Both the position numbers and the translations under genes were made by a program. Of a stretch of DNA of 27,404 bases, positions 1 to 7,556 are shown piece by piece; the stretch's first letter is position 1; every line of letters starts with the position of its first letter. Source of the stretch: an uncultured archaeon (lineage in GTDB: Archaea > Asgardarchaeota > Jordiarchaeia > Jordiarchaeales > Jordiarchaeaceae); contig CAZECW010000049.1 of NCBI GenBank assembly GCA_964510585.1, positions 1 to 27,404 of the forward strand, read 5' to 3'. The notes beneath the pieces were generated by a model. The model saw only the letters and a program-made list of their open reading frames with translations. It was not told the DNA's origin and ran no database searches.

Positions 1-36
1 GAGATAGACCTGGTTTCGAGAATGTCTGTATTCCAT
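1..36 (-). CDS. tnpA: IS200/IS605-family Y1 (HUH) transposase TnpA, N-terminal 12 codons only (runs off the window edge)
   Basis: Reverse complement of 1-36 reads ATG GAA TAC AGA CAT TCT CGA AAC CAG GTC TAT CTC = MEYRHSRNQVYL. This resembles the typical TnpA start (..R/H-x-x-VY-x-x-x-YH-x-VW) and lies just inside an IS608-like left end. The catalytic motifs are outside the window. Confidence 0.7.
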   Translation of the reverse strand, partial: MEYRHSRNQVYL

Positions 37-136
37 CTATTGATAACCATAAATTTATCAATACACCAGCCTATAAACTTTTTTTGGCGATTCATCCCCA
101 CGACTTGAAGTCGGGGGCTTTCTCGCCAACGGTTTT
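1..136 (-). mobile_element. Left end of a probably autonomous IS200/IS605 (IS608-like) element, truncated by the window edge
   Basis: Minus strand: TTAC (140-137) | aaaaccgttggcgag AAAG cccccgac-ttcaa-gtcgtgggg atgaatcgcca. This is the IS608 layout: TTAC cleavage site, AAAG guide and subterminal hairpin. It is nearly identical to 7129-7182 and followed by a tnpA-like start. Confidence 0.85.
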
Positions 137-140
137 GTAA

Positions 141-169
141 AAAGAAAAAATAGAATTCCCTTCGGGGAA
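141..169 (-). terminator. Probable terminator of the TFE-beta gene (hairpin plus oligo-T)
   Basis: TTCCC-CGAA-GGGAA hairpin (156-169) a few nt after the stop codon, followed on the minus strand by TTCTATTTTTTCTTTTT. Confidence 0.5.
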
Positions 170-176
170 GGGGGGG

Positions 177-533
177 TCAGAAGTCCACTATTTGCTTTTG
201 TATCCAGTTTGTCAATTTTTGGCACTTGATTGGAGATATTGGTTGGGCTGCACCGCAACGCGTTATTGTTACGCATGTAAAGCAGGGGCAATCATTTAGG
301 GTGTTCCATGTTATTGGCGTTTCTTCTTCTTTATTTGCATAGAGGCGGTATGTCCATCTTCCTTTGTAGAGCTCCCTGGCTCTTCTTGCTAAACCCTTAC
401 TTTCAAGCTTTACTGCTATGCGGGAACCTTCCCGGCTATTGACTCCAAGCTTCTTCCAAAGGTCACTCTGAAGTATACCTTTGCTTCCAGCTTCTAAAAC
501 TAGTTGGTAGGCAGTTTCTTCCAAACTTGTCAC
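177..533 (-). CDS. tfeB: Transcription factor E beta subunit (RPC34/RPC39-like; winged helix plus 4Fe-4S cluster domain)
   Basis: N-terminal winged-helix pattern (GILQSDLWKKLGVNSREGSRIAVKLESKGL) and C-terminal PCFTC-x5-C-x10-C-x-x-L-x-x-W cysteine cluster, typical of crenarchaeal-type TFE-beta. Confidence 0.8.
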   Translation of the reverse strand: MTSLEETAYQLVLEAGSKGILQSDLWKKLGVNSREGSRIAVKLESKGLARRARELYKGRWTYRLYANKEEETPITWNTLNDCPCFTCVTITRCGAAQPISPIKCQKLTNWIQKQIVDF

Positions 534-749
534 CTTACACCCAATGGTGATTAAGAGTAGATTTATTGTTTTAAGGAGAGGTAGCTATTGGTTAGACGGA
601 CTCCAAATTGAACAATAAAAAGGCAATATTTATACTTTATCATGAAAGTGCTAACCCATAGAATTAACAGTTTTGAAAAAGCACAAATGGTTCCAAACGG
701 ATTGCAGGACACTTGACGTATTCGAATAACAATTACTAAAAATAAAAGA

Positions 750-757
750 TTTATATA
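750..757 (+). promoter_or_regulatory. Putative BRE/TATA box for the 830-1078 zinc-finger gene
   Basis: AAAAGA-TTTATATA at 744-757; SD-like AAGGAG at 815-820 upstream of the TTG at 830. Confidence 0.45.
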
Positions 758-829
758 ACATATACATTAAGAAACAATAATTAAATCCCAATCGAGGAAC
801 TCTGTCCAATAGTAAAGGAGCGGAAAACC

Positions 830-1078
830 TTGACAAGGTTTTGTGACTATTGCATAAACAAGGCAAAGTATCGGTGTAAGAGGCACCGGAAAAGTTTCTG
901 TAGGGATCATGGTCTAAGATGCCCAGGATGCGGAGCTGAACTATGCTTGGAGTGCCTTACCAGGAGGGAATGCCCCAACTGTAAGACCGAACTACTCATT
1001 TGCCCCACCTGTCTTTCAAATAAGAAAATAACGCGTCTCAGAGCGGACAATATGAAATGCCCAGTTTGTAATAAATAG
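830..1078 (+). CDS. Small Cys/His-rich multi-zinc-finger protein
   Basis: 82 aa with eight C-x-x-C/H pairs (14 Cys, 2 His); TTG start with SD AAGGAG and an upstream TATA. Confidence 0.7.
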   Translation: MTRFCDYCINKAKYRCKRHRKSFCRDHGLRCPGCGAELCLECLTRRECPNCKTELLICPTCLSNKKITRLRADNMKCPVCNK

Positions 1079-1190
1079 TCCAAAATTCTTAATAATAAAC
1101 ATAAATCCTATTTTCTAAATGTCACCATCCTCAGATACATTTGATTTTTCACAAAAAGCTTCTTAATTTTTAAAGTTTAAAATAAATAGT

Positions 1191-2579
1191 ATGTCAAGAG
1201 CGATAATAAAAAACAGTCAAAAGCTTATTGAAAATTCCAGCGGAAAGAATAGGTTAGCCAGAAAAATTATACTGGCTCTAATCGAATCTGCACTGAGAGC
1301 CGCCGACCCTAGAAGTGCGGTGAAAAAAAATCTTCTTTTAAAGGGGAACAAATTAATAATTAGAGGGAAAACTTTTGACCTCAACAGTTTAAACAACATC
1401 TATGTTGTTGGAGGGGGCAAAGCAAGCGGTGCCATGGCAGAAACAGTGGAAGAAGTTTTAGGGGATAGAATTAGTGGGGGGTGCGTTAACATTCTCAAAG
1501 GTACAAGAAACCAGTTTAAAACCTCCAAAATCGAACTGGTTGAGGCTTCACATCCCGTCCCCGATATGAATGGGTTGCAGGGCGCCAAGAAAATGATGAG
1601 TTTGGTGGGGGAAGCCCAAGAAGGCGACCTAGTTCTATGTCTAATTTCAGGTGGAGGATCAGCCCTTATTCCATTGCCTGTAGAGGGAGTTTCACTAGAA
1701 GACCTCCAAGAAGTCAACAGAGCTTTACTTAAAAGCGGCGCTGAAATAAATGTGATGAACGCTGTGCGTAAGCACCTCTCAGCTGTTAAGGGTGGCAACC
1801 TCGCTGAGGCAGCTTACCCCGCAACAGTTGTTAGCCTCATAATTTCGGATGTAGTAGGCGACCCTCTAGAAACCATCGCTTCTGGTCCAACAGTGCCAGA
1901 CCCAACCACATATAAGGACGCCATTAATTACTTGAAGAAATATAATATCTGGGACACTTGTCCCGAGGGAGTAAAGAAGCACCTAAATAGAGGCCTGGAG
2001 GGCAAATATCCAGAAACCCCCAAGCCCGGAGATCCAATTTTTGAGAGGGTGTTTAATCTCCTTATTGCCACAAATAGAATGGCGTGTTTAGCGGCCCAGG
2101 AAGAGGGACGGAAGAGAGGATTAGAATCCCTAGTGTTAACAACTTTTCTGGAAGGGGAGGCAAAGGATGCAGGTGTTCTGGTAAGCGGAATCGCTAAAGA
2201 AATATTTTACTACAATATACCCTGGAAAAAGCCGGTAGTTGTTATTCTGGGAGGTGAAACCACGGTCACGGTACGCGGTAAAGGGAGAGGAGGAAGAAAT
2301 CAAGAGTTGGCTCTGAGTGCCGCACTAAAGCTAAGAGGAGTTGATGGAGTTGCTATAGGTTCTGTGGCTAGTGATGGAATCGACGGTTTTTCTAACGCTG
2401 CAGGTGCAATTGTTGATGGCCAGACAATTGATGAAGCTAAGAGAAGGGGATTGGATGCCTTGAGCTATCTTTTGGATAATAATTCTACAGCGTTTTTTGA
2501 GAGTTTAGATGACTGTTTGATTTTTAGCGGTCCCACGGGAACTAACGTGAATGACTTGGTTTTCATAGCGGTGGTCTAA
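1191..2579 (+). CDS. gck: Glycerate 2-kinase (GckA/TtuD, MOFRL family)
   Basis: Motifs GGGKAS, ASHPVPD, LISGGGSAL, SDVVGDPLETIASGPT, GGETTV, GGRNQE, SDGIDG, TGTNVND. Confidence 0.93.
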   Translation: MSRAIIKNSQKLIENSSGKNRLARKIILALIESALRAADPRSAVKKNLLLKGNKLIIRGKTFDLNSLNNIYVVGGGKASGAMAETVEEVLGDRISGGCVNILKGTRNQFKTSKIELVEASHPVPDMNGLQGAKKMMSLVGEAQEGDLVLCLISGGGSALIPLPVEGVSLEDLQEVNRALLKSGAEINVMNAVRKHLSAVKGGNLAEAAYPATVVSLIISDVVGDPLETIASGPTVPDPTTYKDAINYLKKYNIWDTCPEGVKKHLNRGLEGKYPETPKPGDPIFERVFNLLIATNRMACLAAQEEGRKRGLESLVLTTFLEGEAKDAGVLVSGIAKEIFYYNIPWKKPVVVILGGETTVTVRGKGRGGRNQELALSAALKLRGVDGVAIGSVASDGIDGFSNAAGAIVDGQTIDEAKRRGLDALSYLLDNNSTAFFESLDDCLIFSGPTGTNVNDLVFIAVV

Positions 2580-2699
2580 ATTTTTTAGACACTCTCCACA
2601 AAAGTCGGCAGCTTTCTCGCCAATGATTCAGTAAATAACTTAAATAGGATTCCGAACAATTGCTTTAGTGTATGTTACAGAAATATTGGAGAAGTTTAA

Positions 2700-3530
2700 A
2701 TGGTTAGAGGTTTTTCAAGTTCCTTAAAAGAGGGGCTTCTTGAAGCCTTACCCCCGCTTCCCCCTTCTGTTAATATGGCTTTGGCCGGATTGATGACTTT
2801 GGTTGTGTGCTTTGCCACTATGGCTTTTCAGATGTATTTTCCATTTTCCCAAGGATACATCAATGCCTGCGAAGGCGCCGTATATGTAATTGCTCTACTC
2901 TTTGGTCCAATTATTGGTGGCATCACAGGGGGAATAGGCTCAATGCTTGCCGACGTTTTCCTGGGCTTTAACCAATACGCTCTTGGCATGCTGATATTTA
3001 AGGGGGCAGAAGGCCTAGCAGTGGGTTTTTTGGGGTATAAGTTCCGTCTTTTATTTAGAAAGTTGTGGAGGCCCCTAGGCTTAGTTATGTGTGGTGGTAT
3101 TTCTGGATTAATTCTCTACGTAGGTATACGTTATTTATCGGGTTTGGCAGAAATTTATGGAGGAGTTCAACCTTGGTGGTGGAGCTCTAGTTTATTTGGT
3201 GCATATTTCCAGTATGGATGGTGGTACACTCTTGTCAACGTTCCATGGTGGACTTGGCTCATCATATCCTCATGTTTCGGCTTGCTGTTCTTATGTTTGA
3301 TTCTTAAGGTGGATGCGTCTGTTGGTTGGAGCGCTCTTGCCACAATTGGAGGCGGCCTTCTCATAATATTAGGACACTTCATTATAGAACAATTCTTCCT
3401 AGGCCTTCCAGGTACCAGCATTGCCATCACCACGGGCCAAATTCTCTTAGGCATCATAATAGCAATCCCAATAGATACAGCCATAAGAAAAATTTCGCCA
3501 GAAATTATCGTTCAAAATTACAGCTGGTAG
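2700..3530 (+). CDS. ECF transporter S-component-like integral membrane protein (extended)
   Basis: N-terminal GYINACEGAVYVIALLFGP-x-x-GGITGGIGSMLADV and KGAEG motifs of ECF S components; many hydrophobic helices. Confidence 0.75.
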   Translation: MVRGFSSSLKEGLLEALPPLPPSVNMALAGLMTLVVCFATMAFQMYFPFSQGYINACEGAVYVIALLFGPIIGGITGGIGSMLADVFLGFNQYALGMLIFKGAEGLAVGFLGYKFRLLFRKLWRPLGLVMCGGISGLILYVGIRYLSGLAEIYGGVQPWWWSSSLFGAYFQYGWWYTLVNVPWWTWLIISSCFGLLFLCLILKVDASVGWSALATIGGGLLIILGHFIIEQFFLGLPGTSIAITTGQILLGIIIAIPIDTAIRKISPEIIVQNYSW

Positions 3531-3566
3531 AAACAAGAAAAATAGATTGCAAAATGGTGTCTTAAA

Positions 3567-3746
3567 AACCGATATTTCGCAGATTCTGCGAAGCTATTTG
3601 GGCGATTGTGATTTTTCCGTGTGGTTTTGGGTGTATGGTTACGCTTTTCCATCAGCCCCCACCCTCATTTTCTCAAAAAATGGAATGATAATGATAAACG
3701 CTTTGCAACTCCACTAAAGAATTCCCAAATCTGCGAAAAATGGGTT
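3567..3746. mobile_element. Candidate 180-bp MITE with terminal inverted repeats
   Basis: AACCGATATTTCGCAGATT (3567-3585) versus the reverse complement of 3728-3746, AACCCATTTTTCGCAGATT (17/19). TAAA lies on both sides (3563-3566, 3747-3750) as a possible target-site duplication. Confidence 0.5.
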
Positions 3747-3974
3747 TAAATTATATTTTTGATTTCCTCTTGGAAAAATTAACTACACTGTAGTTAAATA
3801 CTTATTTTGTTCTCAGCAGACATGTGGATATAGTAGGGTATATTGGACTTAATTTTCCATATGTTTAAACGGCACTCCCGAATGCTGGTTTTATGTTTTG
3901 TCCTGTCCTTTTATTCTATCTTCGCAATACACCCCGCCCCCACTTTATCATGACGGTGTTAAAAAAAAATGGGA

Positions 3975-4217
3975 AACACCCATTTCTCCAAAATAACTCC
4001 ACAAAAAGGAACCCACAGAGGGGAGTGCTCCCTAAACATATGGTAATTTTTGCCATTTTTATGTTACTGAAGAAGATGAAGTTTCTTTTGAGGAACCTGG
4101 CATTTGAAACAGCCACATTTTTGTGAGGGACACGTCCTTTGAGTCATTACTGAAGGTTTCCCCTCTCCATAAAGCATGTAATTGATTTTCGTATCAGTGA
4201 TTTCTCTCGGCAGTCAT
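3975..4217 (-). pseudogene. Decayed alpha/beta-hydrolase fragment
   Basis: Frameshifted minus-strand fragments read INYMLYGEGKPSVM, SLTKMWLFQMPGSSKE and HS/LCGFLFVEL. They resemble the G-x-G-x-P-x-V, MW-x-x-Q-x-P-x-FSK and GHS-x-GG-x-x-A-x-EL segments of alpha/beta hydrolases in the right order. Confidence 0.4.
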
Positions 4218-4352
4218 TCTGTTATAGTTTATCCCCCCTATGAGGAGTTTATAAGCGTACGAGAAATTTTAATAGTGGAAACTGTTCTCCTAGATTTAGG
4301 AAGAAGGGCTATTAGTGAAATGTATGTTCGAGTTTTTAGGAGAGTATTGTGA

Positions 4353-4913
4353 TTGGAGTCAAGTGGCGGATCAGCATTTGATGTTCAGTTTGACGCTTCC
4401 CGCTATTTTCTCAGATTCGAGAACAGCCAAGTAAAAGTCGTAGTGGTTAAAGACCATCCAAAAATTGAAGTGGGTGGGAGAAGCATCGGTCCTTTTGTGG
4501 AGGGTAGAGAGATGAGTCTCAGACTCTGGGAGGCGGCGGAACTAGTTCAGAGTGGAATCGTAAAATACAAGGAGGAGACCAAGTTTGACATATCAGAACT
4601 ATATAAGCAGACTTGGAGCGAAACGAATAAGCCTCAACTCCAACAAATCGACCCAAATTTTTACCAAAAACTTAGAATGTATTACTCTGACCCCAATGTG
4701 GAAGACTCGGAGAAGAGGAGAGTGGAGAACATGGTAACGGATCTAGTGTCACAACGCCTATCTAAAATTCTAAAAATAGCCCTTAGAGGGGGAAGTAGAT
4801 CAGAGATGACCAAGAATATGACCGAAGAAGAAAAGTGGCTATACGATAGATTGAACAGTTTACTCCGAAGCTGGGAGAAAGAGTTACGTACTTTTAAAAG
4901 GGAGGCGGATTAA
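4353..4913 (+). CDS. gins23: DNA replication complex GINS subunit (Gins23, B-A domain order)
   Basis: N-terminal beta-rich B domain (IGPFVEGREMSLRLWEAAELVQSGIV) followed by a helical A domain (LVSQRLSKILKIA, MTEEEKWLY); directly upstream of mcm, the conserved gins23-mcm arrangement. Confidence 0.85.
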   Translation: MESSGGSAFDVQFDASRYFLRFENSQVKVVVVKDHPKIEVGGRSIGPFVEGREMSLRLWEAAELVQSGIVKYKEETKFDISELYKQTWSETNKPQLQQIDPNFYQKLRMYYSDPNVEDSEKRRVENMVTDLVSQRLSKILKIALRGGSRSEMTKNMTEEEKWLYDRLNSLLRSWEKELRTFKREAD

Positions 4914-4976
4914 GAATAAAACATAGAAAAAATATTCTAAATTCGAGAAACCATAATTTTTCAAGAGGAGAAAGTA

Positions 4977-7031
4977 ATGCTTGGAGAGGCTCCCGCGGAG
5001 CGGTTTGAAAACTTTGTGAAAACTTATCGCACAGAATCTGGCTCAATGGAGTATCGCGAAAAAATTCGAAAAATGACTGTAACAGGTGAACAAAGCCTGG
5101 TTGTCGATTTTGACGATCTGATAAGGTTCGACCCAGAACTGGCCAAAACAGTACTAGAAAAACCGGAAAAAACAATTAGTGAAATTAATCAAGCATTAAA
5201 AAGGATAATAGAGGCAGAGGATCCAGAGTTCGCTGAAACTATGCAAAACTTTTATGTGCGCTTCGCCAAACTGCCTGAGGAATACCACATCAACCTCAGA
5301 AAAATTAGGTCAGAACACATAAACAAGCTGATAATGGTAAGCGGAATTTTGACCAGAGCCAGCGAAGTAAAACCCAAACTAGTAGAAGCGGTATACGTGT
5401 GTCAGAGATGCGGCGAAACCATGATTGTAGCCCAGCAAGATGCAAAAATAATACAACCCTCAGAGTGCTATAATCCCAACTGTAGAAGAAAAGGACCCTT
5501 CAAACTAATCATAGAAGAATCAAGATTTATCGACTGGCAAAAAATAAGAATACAGGAAAAACCAGAGGAACTGCCGCCAGGCCAACTACCCCGCAGCTTA
5601 GATTCCATACTCACCGACGACATTGTAGACATTGCAAGGCCCGGAGACCGAATTACACTAACAGGAATACTCCGCTCCACACCAGAAGTCGCAACTAGGG
5701 GAGGGAGCTTGGTAACCTTCAGAACCTTTCTCGAAGTAAACTATGTAGATGTCTCAGAGGTTGAATTCGAAACAGTGGAGATAACAGAGGAAGAAGAGAG
5801 AAAGATCAAAGAACTGGCAGAAGATCCCTTCATACACCAAAAAATAGTTCGTTCCATAGCCCCCAGCATTTATGGAATGGAAAACATAAAGGAAGCTGTA
5901 GCCTTACTACTCTTCGGGGGACAACCCAAGGTTATGGAGGACGGCGTCACAATAAGAGGAGAAATCAACGTTTTAATAGTAGGAGATCCCGGAACCGCCA
6001 AAAGTCAGCTACTGCAGTATGTAGCACGTATCGCACCCCGGGGTTTATACACCTCTGGAAAGGGAACCACAGCAGCCGGACTAACAGCTGCAGTTCTCCG
6101 CGACCCAGACACGGGAGCCATGATTCTAGAGGCAGGAGCGCTGGTAATTGCAGACCGTGGGGTAGCTTGTGTAGATGAAATGGACAAGATGAGGGATCAG
6201 GATAGAGTAGCCATCCACGAAGCAATGGAGCAGGGAACAGTATCCATCGCTAAGGCGGGTATAGTCTCCACGCTTAACGCCCGCACCGCAATACTTGCAG
6301 CTGCAAACCCGGCACTCGGACGGTGGAATCCATTCAAAACAGTTGCTGAGAACCTTAAACTACCAGTAACAATACTTTCCCGTTTTGACCTCATATTCGT
6401 ACTGGTGGACCGCCCCTTAGAGGAACAGGACAGAATGATGACAGAACACATACTCTCCATGCATAGGACTCGTACTGTTGAAAAGGCACCCCCAATTCCA
6501 CCCGAGCTTTTAAGGAAATACTTCATATATGCAAGAAATAACGTTCAACCCAAGTTGACCCCAGAGTCAGCAGAAAAGCTGAGGGAATTCTACTTAGAAA
6601 TGAGAAAAATGGGTGAACAGCCAGACGCCCCAGTACCCATAACAGCCCGCCAGTTAGAAGCCCTAGTTAGGCTTTCAGAAGCTAGGGCCCGTATGGCTCT
6701 CCGAGAAGAAGTTACACCTGAAGATGCGGAGGCAGTAATCAGGCTCATGAGGTCCTCATTGAAGCAAGTTGGCACAGACGAACACGGACTATTTGACATT
6801 GACAGCATCTACGTAGGGGTTACCAAGAGTCAACGGGACAAGATGGAAACCATCCTGAACATTATACGAACCCTAGAGGAACAAACAGAGGCCCCCGTTC
6901 CTGTAAACGTAATCATAGAGAAGGCGGAGTTGGAAAATATTGACGCCGCATTTGTCAATCGAGCCTTAACCCAGCTGAAAAATGACGGTATACTATTTGA
7001 GCCAAAACCGGGTTTTGTGAAGAGAGCCTAA
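4977..7031 (+). CDS. mcm: Replicative helicase MCM
   Basis: Zn finger CQRC...CYNPNC, Walker A GDPGTAKSQLL, Walker B VACVDEMDKM, arginine finger SRFD, C-terminal winged helix; no intein seen. Confidence 0.98.
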   Translation: MLGEAPAERFENFVKTYRTESGSMEYREKIRKMTVTGEQSLVVDFDDLIRFDPELAKTVLEKPEKTISEINQALKRIIEAEDPEFAETMQNFYVRFAKLPEEYHINLRKIRSEHINKLIMVSGILTRASEVKPKLVEAVYVCQRCGETMIVAQQDAKIIQPSECYNPNCRRKGPFKLIIEESRFIDWQKIRIQEKPEELPPGQLPRSLDSILTDDIVDIARPGDRITLTGILRSTPEVATRGGSLVTFRTFLEVNYVDVSEVEFETVEITEEEERKIKELAEDPFIHQKIVRSIAPSIYGMENIKEAVALLLFGGQPKVMEDGVTIRGEINVLIVGDPGTAKSQLLQYVARIAPRGLYTSGKGTTAAGLTAAVLRDPDTGAMILEAGALVIADRGVACVDEMDKMRDQDRVAIHEAMEQGTVSIAKAGIVSTLNARTAILAAANPALGRWNPFKTVAENLKLPVTILSRFDLIFVLVDRPLEEQDRMMTEHILSMHRTRTVEKAPPIPPELLRKYFIYARNNVQPKLTPESAEKLREFYLEMRKMGEQPDAPVPITARQLEALVRLSEARARMALREEVTPEDAEAVIRLMRSSLKQVGTDEHGLFDIDSIYVGVTKSQRDKMETILNIIRTLEEQTEAPVPVNVIIEKAELENIDAAFVNRALTQLKNDGILFEPKPGFVKRA

Positions 7032-7132
7032 TCTAAAACAAAAAATACACATAAAAAATTTCAACAAAAAATAAAAACTATTTGGGAGAGAGTTTTTCAG
7101 AAAAAAGAGTAGGGGATTTCCCTGTTTCTTAC

Positions 7133-7403
7133 AAAACCTTGGCGAGAAAGCCCCCGACTTTAGTCGTGGGGATGAATCGCCAGAAAATTTATTTGAAAGT
7201 ATGGTATATAAATAGTTGTTGGTAGCTGAAGGGTTTGGCTTGGGCTTAAGAGGCTAAACAAGACGCAGCCCCCATGAGGGTGCCAACATAGACGCCGTTC
7301 CCATGAGGGAAGGGCGTGTTAACTGGGTGATGGCACACCCATTGCTTCGAAGGCGATGAGCCAGAAGCAAGAATCTCCCGACTTTAGTCGCGGAGAGTGT
7401 CAA
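7133..7403 (+). mobile_element. Non-autonomous IS200/IS605 (IS608-like) element, 271 bp, copy A
   Basis: TTAC (7129-7132) | ...AAAG cccccgac-ttta-gtcgtgggg (left end) ... GAAT ctcccgac-ttta-gtcgcggag agtg TCAA (7400-7403, right end). The AAAG/TTAC and GAAT/TCAA guide/cleavage pairs match IS608. There is no internal ORF, and it is homologous over its full length to 13534-13804. Confidence 0.9.
7215..7403 (+). ncRNA. Putative TnpB-type omegaRNA (right-end RNA) scaffold; predicted guide continues into 7404-7423
   Basis: Multiple stems: TGTTGG 7217-7222 with CCAACA 7283-7288; ACGCC-G-TTCCC/GGGAA-G-GGCGT; TGGGTG/CACCCA 7324-7341; terminal right-end hairpin. Two of these stems covary in the second copy. 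The position abutting the right end is where TnpB omegaRNAs lie. The 5' end is uncertain. Confidence 0.6.
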
Positions 7404-7556
7404 ATCTCCGTCCTATATGGGGGAAGTGTTTACCCTTTTTTTAAGGATGGGCTATTCTTTCATCTTTTCAAAAACGAATTTTTATATTCTTAAAAATGGT
7501 AAACAATAATTACCTTGAGCTCAAAAACAGTAACGAAAATTATGTGGTGAAAAAGT

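Noticed and set aside
7215-7403. Interior of the mini-element as a tRNA, SRP RNA, RNase P RNA or SECIS
   Set aside because: No cloverleaf with a T-loop (GTTCRA), no SRP helix-8 or RNase P conserved motifs recognised; it is bounded by IS cleavage signals and present in two dispersed copies.
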